DNA from: a virus
DNA: 64,000 bases
Reading direction: 5' to 3' (one strand)
Virus record (IMG/VR): IMGVR_UViG_3300042904_000405
Coordinates: 8,404-72,403 of that record
Made by a program: the position numbers and the translations under genes. The notes below the pieces were generated by a model. It worked only from the letters and a program-made list of their open reading frames with translations. It made no database searches and was not told where the DNA came from. Positions 1-9,379 of this stretch are shown piece by piece; the first letter of the stretch is position 1; every line of letters begins with the position of its first letter.

Positions 1-737
1 ATGTCGGCGGCGGAGCGTGGATGGACGGCAGCGCCGAGATGGTGTTCCGCAACCTGAACACGTACGCCCAGAAGACGAAGGGCTACTCGGCCCTCGACTA
101 CGACGTGCTCGTCCACTACAACCGTCAGACCGACGTCCTCACGATCGCCGAGGGCCGCGGCAAGTACATGAGCGCCGCCACGAAAGACCGCAACGAACAG
201 GGCGAAGCCGTCTGCATCTGCGGCAACTACGACCTGCGCGAGCCGCTGGCGATCGAGGTTGAAGGCGTGGCGCTCGGTGTCGTCTACGGCATCAAGAACG
301 GCTGGATCCTGCCGACCGCCAAGATCCTCGGCCATCGCGACAACCCGGCCCACCCGAACGCCACCAGCTGCCCCGGCGCCAACATGTACTCCAAGCTCCC
401 GGTCGTCCGCGCTCGGGTCATCACCCTACTCAACCCGCCCGCCGCACCGATCGGCCCCCTGCCCGTAGGAGACGACGTGAAGTTCTGTGTACACCAGCCC
501 GTTGAGGGCGACCCGAACGCGCTGTTCATCTACGACCACACCAGCGCCGTCCAGATCGCCTGGCCGGGTCACGAGCTGAAGCTGATCGCCCAGCTGTGGG
601 ACCTCGAGGACCAGGGCGTCGCCTTCAACTCTCCCCGCGGCAAGCCAGGCCAGGCGGACCGGATGGTGCCGGTGCCGTTCACCCTCAACGAGTGGCAGCA
701 GGGCACGTTCGAGAACGCCCGCAAGGCGAGCAGCTAG
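1..737 (+). CDS. Endolysin, N-acetylmuramoyl-L-alanine amidase type (5' end lies outside the window)
   Basis: Frame is open back to the window edge. YDVLV..EGRG and GHRD...TSCPG motifs are typical of Amidase_2/PGRP-fold lysins. A holin-like gene follows. Confidence 0.85.
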   Translation, partial: VGGGAWMDGSAEMVFRNLNTYAQKTKGYSALDYDVLVHYNRQTDVLTIAEGRGKYMSAATKDRNEQGEAVCICGNYDLREPLAIEVEGVALGVVYGIKNGWILPTAKILGHRDNPAHPNATSCPGANMYSKLPVVRARVITLLNPPAAPIGPLPVGDDVKFCVHQPVEGDPNALFIYDHTSAVQIAWPGHELKLIAQLWDLEDQGVAFNSPRGKPGQADRMVPVPFTLNEWQQGTFENARKASS

Positions 738-766
738 ACGAATCCGCCTCAGCGGTAGTACGACTG

Positions 767-1168
767 GTGGCCGTGGAGAACTTCCTTCCGACTGCCGCGT
801 TGGCCGCCACCGTGCTCGCCATCGTCAACCTGTTGCGCTACGCCCGGGGCCGGGACTGGAACGGCGTCCTCACGCAGCTGACCGTCTGGGGCTCAGGCGT
901 CGCCGGCGTTTCCATCTTCGCGCAGTCAGCGTGGGGCGAAGCGATCAGCCTCGGCGGCGCCCTCCCCCTGTCGAAGCTCGGCTGGGCGTCGCTGGTCATC
1001 GTTGGTCTCCAGGTCGGCTCGGCCGCCACGGTGGTCAACGAGTTCCGTGGCGCCATCGACCGCTCGACGACCACGGCGAAGCCCCGTCTGCTGACCGGCA
1101 ACACGGTGCGCCTGGTCGACTCCAACGAGCGGGTCGTCGTCGATCCGCCGCCGCCCGTCGACCAGTGA
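767..1168 (+). CDS. Putative holin
   Basis: Small protein with about three hydrophobic segments directly after the endolysin. GTG start at 767 or 773. Confidence 0.65.
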   Translation: MAVENFLPTAALAATVLAIVNLLRYARGRDWNGVLTQLTVWGSGVAGVSIFAQSAWGEAISLGGALPLSKLGWASLVIVGLQVGSAATVVNEFRGAIDRSTTTAKPRLLTGNTVRLVDSNERVVVDPPPPVDQ

Positions 1169-1197
1169 TCCTCTGACCCCTCTGAAAGGACTGACCG

Positions 1198-1572
1198 ATG
1201 GGCAAGGCAACGCCTGATGCCGTTCTGGACACCATGTTGACGGACATCGCCACGTCGACCGTCCTTCACGTCACCTCCGCCGAGCCGGCGAACTTCGCTG
1301 GCATCGCCGCCGTCTCCCTCGCCGACGTCACCATGACGGCCGGCTCGGGCAACGGCGACTACACGATCGCCAACGGCGACGTCTCCGGCCGCAAGCTCTC
1401 CGTGCTTGCCCAGAACGCCGTGCCCGTCGACGCTTCCGGCACAGCGACGCACATCGTGCTCGCCACCGGCTCGGTGCTCAAGTACGTCACCACCTGCACG
1501 TCGCAGGCCTTGACGTCCGGCAACACGGTCAACGTCCCTGCATGGGACATCGAGATCGCCGACCCGACGTAA
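1198..1572 (+). CDS. Small virion/tail-fibre-associated protein
   Basis: GAAAGGA RBS. Beta-rich Thr/Ala/Gly protein (SGTATH.., TSQALTSGNTVNVPAW) of a type often found ahead of fibre genes. Confidence 0.6.
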   Translation: MGKATPDAVLDTMLTDIATSTVLHVTSAEPANFAGIAAVSLADVTMTAGSGNGDYTIANGDVSGRKLSVLAQNAVPVDASGTATHIVLATGSVLKYVTTCTSQALTSGNTVNVPAWDIEIADPT

Positions 1573-1582
1573 GGTGTCGGGC

Positions 1583-1717
1583 ATGAGCCCCACCGAAGAG
1601 CCTTGCGACGAACCGGTCGAGGAGACCGAGGATCACAGCGAGGTCGAAGCTCCCGTGACCCTCGAGGTGCACTCCACCCGCCACACAGGCGTGAGCGCGT
1701 TCGGCGGCCGCAAGTGA
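1583..1717 (+). CDS. Small acidic hypothetical protein (44 aa)
   Basis: MSPTEEPCDEPVEE...GGRK*. Fills the gap, with its stop overlapping the next GTG. Confidence 0.5.
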   Translation: MSPTEEPCDEPVEETEDHSEVEAPVTLEVHSTRHTGVSAFGGRK

Positions 1718-2025
1718 AGCGCCGCCTCCTCTTCCTCGCGCCGCTGGCTGCGGTGCTGCTCGCCTGCAGCCCGGTTGAGATTGTGACCTACCAGTGGAAG
1801 CAGGGCAACACCACGTTCGTGCAGACTCGGGCCAAGTCAGGCCCGAGTGACAATGCGGGCTCCTCGTTCCGCAGTGCAGTGGTCTGCGACGGTGAGCCGT
1901 TCTGGCGCCGAGGGAACGATGTCAGTGTCGACACCGCTACGCCTGACGCGGGCGGCTTCTTCTACTCCACCACCGCCTGCTATGACAACCGGGTCCCTGT
2001 CGGCATCACCGTAGAGAGGTGGTGA
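1714..2025 (+). CDS. Putative lipoprotein
   Basis: VKRRLLFLAPLAAVLLA-C signal peptide with lipobox. Confidence 0.65.
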   Translation: MKRRLLFLAPLAAVLLACSPVEIVTYQWKQGNTTFVQTRAKSGPSDNAGSSFRSAVVCDGEPFWRRGNDVSVDTATPDAGGFFYSTTACYDNRVPVGITVERW

Positions 2026-3290
2026 GCGTGAAGCGCTCCCTCGTCGCGATCGGCGCGGCCTTCGTCGCCGGCGCCGTCGCATTGTCCGGTGTGTTCATCG
2101 CCCAGGCGGGCGAGGAGGAACCCAGCCACTACCGCGTCGAACCGTCGGACACCTGGCAGTCGATCGCCGCATCACACGGCCTCACCGCCGACGACCTGCA
2201 GCTGGCCAACAACATCGCCGCGTCCACGTCGAACACGGGTCATCCCCGCACCGGCTGGGTGCTCCACATCCCGGAGGTGGCGCCATCGACGACCACGACG
2301 ACCACGACGTTGCCGCCGACCACCACGACGACACCGTCCACTACGACGACTGTCCCTGTCACAACCGCCCCGCCCCCGACGACTACGACGACTGCACCTG
2401 CGACCACATCGTCGACGAGCACCTCGCTCCCGCCGGAGCCGAGCGGCGACTTCCTCGCGGACTTCGCCTCGGCGGCTGACTTCTACGGCCGCTTCCAGCT
2501 CGACGTCCACTTCCGCGACGACGCCAACGTCGACTACGGCCGGGTCTTCGGTGGCGACCACGACATGGCCTGCGGCGCACCGACGACACAGCGCGACGTC
2601 CACATCCACTCATCGATCGACGGGGCCAACGTCAACCTGGCGAACTCCGAGCTGTTCTGGTGGTGTGCCCCCGGCGGCGACGCCGCCAAGGGCCACGTGA
2701 TGACCGGCATGGCCGACGTCGATGGCTACACCATCCTGTCGTTCTCTCCGAACCAGACGTTCAGCAACGTGGGTCGCGTCTGCTGGGACGTCAACGCCAC
2801 CGACCTCGGCGGTCGCAAGTGGGTCCAGGCCCTCGTGATCCCCGAGGCTGCCTATCAGGCGAACAGCTGGCGCCTCGACTACATCTCGCCGACGACGTCC
2901 GCCGTCGATCAGACCGCCCTCCCGCTGCCCGCGGGCTCATTCATGTTCCAGCTCTGGGACCACAAGATCCGCACGGCCGTCGACAACACCGAGCGTGAGA
3001 CCGATTGGTTCCAGTGGTCGACAACCGACAAGGCTGCCCGCTACCGGCACTGCATGGTCGACAACGACAACGGCACGGTGACGGTGTCCCGCCAGGTCGG
3101 CGTCGTCAACCAGGACGCCCCCGCCGATCCGACAGATCCGACGCGCGGCGTCCGCTCGGTCACGGTCCCAGGCTCCTTCCCGGCTAACGCCCGCGTGATC
3201 TTCCAGGACGACAACTACACGCCCGAGAAGGACGGCCCGATCGCCGGCTTCACCTGGCACTGGGACAACATCCTCGTCGACGTGGACTGA
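2022..3290 (+). CDS. Secreted LysM-domain protein with Thr-rich linker and Trp/Cys-rich C-terminal domain
   Basis: Signal peptide; YRVEPSDTWQSIAASHGLTADDLQLANN...GWVLHIP matches LysM; poly-Thr linker. Confidence 0.8.
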   Translation: MSVKRSLVAIGAAFVAGAVALSGVFIAQAGEEEPSHYRVEPSDTWQSIAASHGLTADDLQLANNIAASTSNTGHPRTGWVLHIPEVAPSTTTTTTTLPPTTTTTPSTTTTVPVTTAPPPTTTTTAPATTSSTSTSLPPEPSGDFLADFASAADFYGRFQLDVHFRDDANVDYGRVFGGDHDMACGAPTTQRDVHIHSSIDGANVNLANSELFWWCAPGGDAAKGHVMTGMADVDGYTILSFSPNQTFSNVGRVCWDVNATDLGGRKWVQALVIPEAAYQANSWRLDYISPTTSAVDQTALPLPAGSFMFQLWDHKIRTAVDNTERETDWFQWSTTDKAARYRHCMVDNDNGTVTVSRQVGVVNQDAPADPTDPTRGVRSVTVPGSFPANARVIFQDDNYTPEKDGPIAGFTWHWDNILVDVD

Positions 3291-3302
3291 CCCGAGGCCC
3301 GC

Positions 3303-4121
3303 ATGGCAGCCCCCGTCTACCGGTCAGCGGTAGTCACGTCGACGTTCAACGGGTCGGTCAGCTTCGTCGTCGACATGCCAGCGGGTGCCGCGGTCGGGGA
3401 CTTCATCGCGGCGCTCGTCTACTGCCCTGATGGGTTCTACGGCTCCGCTGCCGATCTGACCCCGCCGGGCGGCGGATGGGTGACCGTCGCCGAGGTGCTG
3501 ATCGGGAACGCGCCGATCGCAGGGATCTATTACCTGATCCCCAGCGGCGCGCCGTCCGCGACGTACACGTGGACCAAGAACGACGGCTCCAACGCCACCG
3601 CTGTCGTCGTGGCAGTGGAAGCTGGGACGTTCGACGCGACGAATCCGCTCGGCTCCTCACCTGCGTCTGGCACTGACTATTCGATCGCGCATGACGGCAC
3701 GGCAGGCACAACGGTCGATGTCCCGACGATCACCCCAGCCGTTGACGAATGCCTAGGGATCGCCCTCGCGTCAGCGGTCGAATCCAGCTACACGTGGACG
3801 CCGCCGTCGGGATTCACGGAACGCGCCGACTCGCATGACGGCACGTCGTACGTCAGCAGCTCGGCCGCTACGGCTGCGCTGACGACGTCAGCAACGGGCG
3901 CCCTGTCCTTCACCGCGAACGCTTCCGTCGGTGCGAACAAGGGCGTGGGGGCGATTGTCGCTCTGCGCCCGGAGCCCCCACCCCCGTCGGAGACCCTGCG
4001 CCCCGACGCAGATGTCGCCCGCGTCGGCTGGGTCAACGAGTCAGCGGGCACAACTAACCTCTGGCAGTCGATCGACGAGACGACGACGAACGACTCCGAT
4101 TACGTGACGGTGACGATCTGA
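3303..4121 (+). CDS. Putative virion structural/minor tail protein
   Basis: Ser/Thr/Ala-rich beta protein resembling the N-terminus of the next gene (TPPSGFTERAD). Confidence 0.55.
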   Translation: MAAPVYRSAVVTSTFNGSVSFVVDMPAGAAVGDFIAALVYCPDGFYGSAADLTPPGGGWVTVAEVLIGNAPIAGIYYLIPSGAPSATYTWTKNDGSNATAVVVAVEAGTFDATNPLGSSPASGTDYSIAHDGTAGTTVDVPTITPAVDECLGIALASAVESSYTWTPPSGFTERADSHDGTSYVSSSAATAALTTSATGALSFTANASVGANKGVGAIVALRPEPPPPSETLRPDADVARVGWVNESAGTTNLWQSIDETTTNDSDYVTVTI

Positions 4122-4122
4122 C

Positions 4123-6255
4123 ATGGCCTTCCCAGTAGTCCAGGCCGTCACCGAGTCCGTCGTCGCCACTGCTGCGACCAGTCACCCCGTGACGCTGCCA
4201 GCCAGCATCGCGAGTAGCGACCTCGTTCTCATCCTCATGGACATCGGGTCGACGGCGGCGACCCTGAACGCACTCACCGACTGGTCCGAGGTGCTCGACG
4301 AGAACGTCGCGAACGGCCTCAAGATCCTCCTCTACACCGGCGCCGGCGTCCCGTCGAACCCGACGTTCACATCCTCTGCGGCCACCCGCTCGGTGTCGCT
4401 CGCCTACCGGATCTCTGGTGCGGACAAGTCGATCACTCCACAGATCGGCACGACCGCCACAGGGACTTCCCTCACGCCGGATCCGCCGTCGGTGACGCCG
4501 ACCGGTGGCATCACGAAGGACTACCTGTTCATCGCGTTCTTCGGGCAGGCGCTCGAAGAGGCGGACGATGACACGTGGGCGAACACACCGCCCACGAACT
4601 ACACGCCGTCACCGCCACGCCAGAAGACGGCGGGCACTGCGGGCACGAACCTCGGCGGGCTGATCGCGTCCGCCGAGCGGCAGCTGGCGACTGGCTCCGC
4701 TGAGAACCCTGGCACATTCGCCGTCGATGTGTCAGCGGCGTGGCGCGCCCAGACGATCATCGTCCACCCACAGGCGACCACGTCTGGCGCCTACGAGTTC
4801 GCCTTGGCGAACCCGGTCACCACGCCACCCAACGATGACGACCACACGGTCAGGGTGCGGGCATGGGCGTCCGCTGGCTCCGGTCTCCTCAAGGTTCGGC
4901 TCCTGCAGGGCGCGACCGAGATCGATGCTTGGACCGAGACGCTGACCGGGTCCGCGGCCAACTACAACCACGCGGTCGCTCCAGCGGCAGCGGCCAACAT
5001 CTCGAACTACAACGACCTTCGGCTCGAGCTGGTTGCCACAACGTTCACCAGCGCCACCGTTCGGGTGTCGCAGGTCTCCTTCTCAGTACCCGAGGGAGCG
5101 GCTGGCGGCGACCTCGTCGTCCAGGACGCGCTGCACGGCCACGCCGCTGACAATGCCGCGCTCACCCAGGTCCACACCCTCGCCGTCCAGGACGCGACGC
5201 ACGGGCATACGGCCGACAACGTTGTCCTCGTCCAGAACTCTTCGCTGGTCGTCGCCGACGCTCTGCATGGGCACACGGCCGACAACGTGGTCCTCACTCA
5301 AGGTCATGTGCTCACCGTCGCCGAAGCGAGGAACACGCACACCGCCGACAACGTCGCCCTGACGCAGGTCCACTCACTGGTCGTTGCGGACGCCACGCAC
5401 GGGCACACCGCCGACAACGTCGCTCTGACGCAGACCCACGTCCTGGCCGTCCAGGATGCGCTTCACGGTCACGCCGCCGACAACGTCGTGCTCGCCGCCG
5501 GCGGGGCCCTCGTCGTTCAGGAAGCGACGCACGGCCACACAGCGGACAACGTTGCGCTGACCCAGGTCCACGTCCTGTCGGTCCAGGATGCGGCTCACGG
5601 CCACACCGCTGACAACGCGGCCATCACCAAGAACTCCTCACTCGTCGTCCAGGACGCGCTGCACGGCCACGCGGCCGACAACGTCGTACTCACCCAAGGC
5701 CACGTCCTCACCGTCTCCGAGACGCTTCACAGCCACACCGCCGACAGCGTCACTCTCACCCAGGTCCACGTTCTCTCCGTCGCCGACGCGCTCCACGGGC
5801 ACGCCGCGGACAACGTCACCGTCACCACGGTCAATGCGCTCGTCGTGCAGGAGACGCTCCACGCCCACTCGGCTGACACCGTCACCGTCACGCAGCTGCA
5901 CGTCCTCGTCGTCGACGACGCTCTCCACGGCCACACCGCCGACACGGTGCCGCGCGGCGACCTTGAGGCGATCATCACCTGCGCCATCGATGGCCCAGCG
6001 ACGAAGGCGATCCTGCTCTCCGGCCCCGCCATCATGGTGGTCGCGCTGAAGGGCCCAGCCGTCGCACGTCGGATCACCGGGCCGGCGATTGAGGTACTCT
6101 CCCTGAATGGCCCAGCAATCGAAGCTGTGTCCGTGCGGGGCCCAGCGGTGAGCCGGGTCGTGGACGGTCCCGACATCGAGGCTGCGCCCTCCGTCGATGC
6201 GGGACCCGACACGTCCCGCGAGCTGATCGGGCCCGCGATGTGCCCAGGAGGATGA
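4123..6255 (+). CDS. Putative tail fibre with 13 x 22-aa HxH repeats
   Basis: Repeat unit LVVQDALHGHTADNVVLTQVHV; C-terminal short GPA repeats. Confidence 0.65.
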   Translation: MAFPVVQAVTESVVATAATSHPVTLPASIASSDLVLILMDIGSTAATLNALTDWSEVLDENVANGLKILLYTGAGVPSNPTFTSSAATRSVSLAYRISGADKSITPQIGTTATGTSLTPDPPSVTPTGGITKDYLFIAFFGQALEEADDDTWANTPPTNYTPSPPRQKTAGTAGTNLGGLIASAERQLATGSAENPGTFAVDVSAAWRAQTIIVHPQATTSGAYEFALANPVTTPPNDDDHTVRVRAWASAGSGLLKVRLLQGATEIDAWTETLTGSAANYNHAVAPAAAANISNYNDLRLELVATTFTSATVRVSQVSFSVPEGAAGGDLVVQDALHGHAADNAALTQVHTLAVQDATHGHTADNVVLVQNSSLVVADALHGHTADNVVLTQGHVLTVAEARNTHTADNVALTQVHSLVVADATHGHTADNVALTQTHVLAVQDALHGHAADNVVLAAGGALVVQEATHGHTADNVALTQVHVLSVQDAAHGHTADNAAITKNSSLVVQDALHGHAADNVVLTQGHVLTVSETLHSHTADSVTLTQVHVLSVADALHGHAADNVTVTTVNALVVQETLHAHSADTVTVTQLHVLVVDDALHGHTADTVPRGDLEAIITCAIDGPATKAILLSGPAIMVVALKGPAVARRITGPAIEVLSLNGPAIEAVSVRGPAVSRVVDGPDIEAAPSVDAGPDTSRELIGPAMCPGG
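5113..5952 (+). repeat. 13 tandem 66-bp coding repeats
   Basis: Counted directly in the translation of 4123..6255. Confidence 0.9.
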
Positions 6256-6256
6256 C

Positions 6257-6592
6257 ATGCAGATCGACCGGGACAGCACCGAGTACCTGTTCATCGGAGT
6301 GACGGGCGATGTGCCATCCGTCGGCGCCGAGGTTGCGTTCGTCGCGCCGGCCGCCCGCCCGCTCGAGGCCGACTGGGATGACGCCATCCTCGTCACCAGT
6401 AGCGGCCATGCCCTCTGGGATGACGCCCTCGCGTCCGGCGTCTCCGGGGACTACTACCTCGCCCGCCTCGTCGGCCCCTTCAGCTCCAACGACGTCGTCC
6501 TCACAGCGGGTGACTACCAGTGCTGGGTCCGCCTGACCGACACGGTGGAACGCCCCATCCGCGTGGCGCCCGCCGCCGTTGAGGTCGAATGA
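6257..6592 (+). CDS. Hypothetical protein (fibre-associated)
   Basis: AGGAGG RBS; GDYQCWVRLTD..E.P motif seen in actinophage proteins near tail genes. Confidence 0.6.
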   Translation: MQIDRDSTEYLFIGVTGDVPSVGAEVAFVAPAARPLEADWDDAILVTSSGHALWDDALASGVSGDYYLARLVGPFSSNDVVLTAGDYQCWVRLTDTVERPIRVAPAAVEVE

Positions 6593-6813
6593 TGCGCAAG
6601 GTCATCGTGCCCTGGGACCACGACGCCGAGGATCTCAGCGCCTTCCACATGGCCATCAGCCGCCGGCAGCCCGCCGACGACGAGTGGGTCCCCGCCCTGC
6701 GCGACACCATCGGTGGCCGCCGGGTGCTCTGGGCTCGCTTCGACTCGGCGCCCGCAACTGCCGACGTGTGGGTCCGTCATCGCGGCCAGGTGACGCAGGT
6801 CAGGGCCGTCTAG
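6589..6813 (+). CDS. Hypothetical protein
   Basis: ATGA overlap with the previous gene. Confidence 0.6.
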   Translation: MMRKVIVPWDHDAEDLSAFHMAISRRQPADDEWVPALRDTIGGRRVLWARFDSAPATADVWVRHRGQVTQVRAV

Positions 6814-6815
6814 CT

Positions 6816-7178
6816 GTGCTCCTCTCGGAGTGGCTGCGCGACCGGCTCCAGGGCGAATGGATCCCGACGTCGACTACCTTGGACGACGTGCCCCTGCTGT
6901 CCCAGGCCTACGCCCTCGGCGATCTGCACATCGGCGACCGCATCTATCGCCGAGTCACGGCCCTCGACTTCGACGGCTTCCCCGTGGCGGCGACGGTGAC
7001 AGGCAAGCTCACGCTGCCGAACGGGACGATCTCCAACATGACGGTCACGGCCGAAGCGACTGGCATCTACCGTGTCGCCTTCCCGATCTTCACGCTGCGC
7101 GGATATCACACCTGGCGAATCACCGCCACAGGGGCCGTCGCTGCCGTGGAGGAGGGCAGAGTCCGAGTGAACCCCTAG
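6816..7178 (+). CDS. Hypothetical protein (Ig-like/BppU-like character)
   Basis: GTG start after the previous stop; TGIYRVAF..GYHTWRITATG pattern. Confidence 0.55.
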   Translation: MLLSEWLRDRLQGEWIPTSTTLDDVPLLSQAYALGDLHIGDRIYRRVTALDFDGFPVAATVTGKLTLPNGTISNMTVTAEATGIYRVAFPIFTLRGYHTWRITATGAVAAVEEGRVRVNP

Positions 7179-7258
7179 CTCGCCGCACGCGGCCGTCTCA
7201 CGGTCGTATACGAGACTCTGTTGACGGGGGCGGCATCCGTGTGCGTACCATGGATGCT

Positions 7259-7417
7259 ATGGACCGCCTCGTGATCGTCCCGGCAGCCTCGGTGGCTGAC
7301 CTGTGTGACATCGTCGACCGCGTCCTGCCTCAGCTCGACGAGCGCGAGGCCGACCAGCTCCGAGGCGTCACCGCTTCGATGCTGTCGGTCGCCGTCTTCG
7401 AGCCGGCGCCTGCGTGA
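7259..7417 (+). CDS. Small hypothetical protein
   Basis: TACCAT 7 nt before the ATG; coding-like codon usage. Confidence 0.5.
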   Translation: MDRLVIVPAASVADLCDIVDRVLPQLDEREADQLRGVTASMLSVAVFEPAPA

Positions 7418-7505
7418 AATGACACGCCCGGCGCTCGGGAATAGTGAGCCCGACACACGGCCGAGATCGTCGCCCTGATTGGAGCGGGACGGCGGCAGGC
7501 GCTGG

Positions 7506-8270
7506 CTAGAGCTTCCAGTACCGCTGGTGCAGCCGCGCCGTCAGGTGCGGGGTCTGCGGGAAGCTCGCCGTCGGCAGGCCCGAGCGGATCGCCCTGAACC
7601 ACCGGATCATCGTGTCGCCGGGCGAGTAGGCATCGATGGCTACCCGGGTGAAGGCGCCGTTGGCCCGATCCCCGAACCACGCGTCGTAGCTGTACTCGCG
7701 GTCCGAGCACCCGGAGATGAGCGTCGCCGGCACCCTCGACGCCTTCGGCTGCACCCAGCCGCGCGACATCGTGACGAGCGGGTCGCTGCCGATCAGCTCA
7801 ATCGGCGACATGAACCGGGCGCGGATCGGTGGCAGGGATCCACCGAACCCCAGCCCAGCGACCCGAGACACCGAGCCCGAGTGGCAGCTGTCCGACAGGA
7901 ACGTGCGCCGCACGCCAGTGGCGGCCGAGTCGAACGCTGTCGCCAGCTCGTCGTCGGTGATGTACCGACGGGTGTAGTCGGACGGGCACAGCACCTCGTC
8001 GAACCCGTCGATCTCGTCGCCGTTCCGATCCGGGACGAACGACCCGTGCCCCGAGTAGGTGAACACGAACCGGTCACCCCAGCGCATCCCGTCCAGGCCG
8101 TCGCGCAGGGCGGTGAGGATCGCATCCCCGCTCGGCTCGATTGAGATCGTCGGCTCGTAGCCCAGCTCGGCGAACATGGCCGCCCAGTCGTAGGCGTCAT
8201 TGACGCAGCCGGCCAGCTCGGCCGACGTCCCCGGATAGTTCAGCCCGACGTGCAGTGAGCGCTTCAGCAT
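7506..8270 (-). CDS. Metacaspase / caspase-family (C14) peptidase
   Basis: VGLNYPG..ELAGCVNDA, catalytic FTYSGHG and SDSCHSG motifs, ISGC...SYD...GAFT. Confidence 0.9.
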   Translation of the reverse strand: MLKRSLHVGLNYPGTSAELAGCVNDAYDWAAMFAELGYEPTISIEPSGDAILTALRDGLDGMRWGDRFVFTYSGHGSFVPDRNGDEIDGFDEVLCPSDYTRRYITDDELATAFDSAATGVRRTFLSDSCHSGSVSRVAGLGFGGSLPPIRARFMSPIELIGSDPLVTMSRGWVQPKASRVPATLISGCSDREYSYDAWFGDRANGAFTRVAIDAYSPGDTMIRWFRAIRSGLPTASFPQTPHLTARLHQRYWKL

Positions 8271-8271
8271 C

Positions 8272-8502
8272 TCATTCCTCCTCGGCCTCCTCGGCCTGTT
8301 CCTCGATCATCTCTCGCTTCGCCCCCTGTGCCTCGTTCTTCGCCCCCTTCACGTTGGCCCACGCCGACATGAAGAAGATGACCGGGACACTGTTCGACAG
8401 CGGGTCATGGACTACCCCGATGACCCCGATCAGCACCCAGAAGCGCGACTCCCAGGTCTGGGTGACCACCGTTGAGGCGGCACTGCGCCACCAGCGCCGC
8501 AA
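8272..8502 (-). CDS. Small membrane protein
   Basis: Hydrophobic segments with SVPVIFFMSAWAN; lies directly upstream of the metacaspase. Confidence 0.55.
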   Translation of the reverse strand: MRRWWRSAASTVVTQTWESRFWVLIGVIGVVHDPLSNSVPVIFFMSAWANVKGAKNEAQGAKREMIEEQAEEAEEE

Positions 8503-8552
8503 CCTCGAGATGCGTTCAGGCTCCGCGACGATGCGCCATAGTATGGCCCACC

Positions 8553-8882
8553 ATGGGATGCAACTGCGGCCAGCGCCAGGACTCCGCCCTCGCGGGCACC
8601 ACTCTGCGCCAGAGCTTCGCCACGTCGAACTCCGCCGGCCTCTACGACCTCGCCAGGTCGCCGGGCTGCAAGGAGCCGTACCACGGTTCCTTCCCGACGG
8701 CCGTGATCTACGTCGTCGCCCTCGGCACCGAGGACGAGCAGCTGTTCACCCGCGGGCAGCGCAATGACGCCACCCGTCGGGCCCGCACCGGCCGCGCGTC
8801 CGACGGCAGTCGGCTCACCCTCGACTCCATCGCCGCGAGCAACCTCTGCCACGACGCCGTCGTGGAGTTACTCGGCAGCTGA
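8553..8882 (+). CDS. Hypothetical protein with MGCNCG N-terminus
   Basis: MGCxCG starts are common in actinophage small proteins. Confidence 0.65.
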   Translation: MGCNCGQRQDSALAGTTLRQSFATSNSAGLYDLARSPGCKEPYHGSFPTAVIYVVALGTEDEQLFTRGQRNDATRRARTGRASDGSRLTLDSIAASNLCHDAVVELLGS

Positions 8883-8901
8883 GGTGGGGTAGGGGTTCAC
8901 C

Positions 8902-9045
8902 ATGCACCTACTGCTGTGGATTCTCGCCGTGGTCCTCGTCGTGGTCGGGATCGTGAACCTGGTGAGGGGGGCGATCCTCGTGGGGATCATCTGCATCATC
9001 CTCGGCCTGCTCGTCGGGCCGGGAGGCGTCAGCCTCTTCACCTAG
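8902..9045 (+). CDS. GPGG-motif small membrane protein
   Basis: MHLLLWILAVVLVVVGIVNLVRGAILVGIICIILGLLVGPGGVSLFT* (not in the ORF track). Confidence 0.85.
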   Translation: MHLLLWILAVVLVVVGIVNLVRGAILVGIICIILGLLVGPGGVSLFT

Positions 9046-9120
9046 GGGCGGTTGTCGGGTTATATGCGTCCTAAGTCGCTCATAGGGACGCAGCCCTGAG
9101 AATCCTCGCGGTGACTGTCG

Positions 9121-9333
9121 TCATACGCGCTGGTGAAGCAGCTCGTTCAACAGGTGATGCCCGTTGAACCCGTCGAGTAGACGGAGCACCTGCTCGTCCG
9201 TCAGGTTCTTCCAGCTGGAGACGTCGCGCCGCAGGAAGAACTCAGCGAAGTCCATCCGCTCCTCCCGCGTCATCTTCAGCCCCTGGGCTTGAGCCATCAG
9301 CGCGATGAACTGCGGGGAACGAGTGTTCGCCAT
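9121..9333 (-). CDS. Hypothetical protein
   Basis: GAGGAG RBS before MANTRSPQ; RRDVSSWKNLT motif. Confidence 0.65.
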   Translation of the reverse strand: MANTRSPQFIALMAQAQGLKMTREERMDFAEFFLRRDVSSWKNLTDEQVLRLLDGFNGHHLLNELLHQRV

Positions 9334-9379
9334 ATCACACACTCCTCTCGAGATCAAGACCTACACTCGGCTCCCAGCC

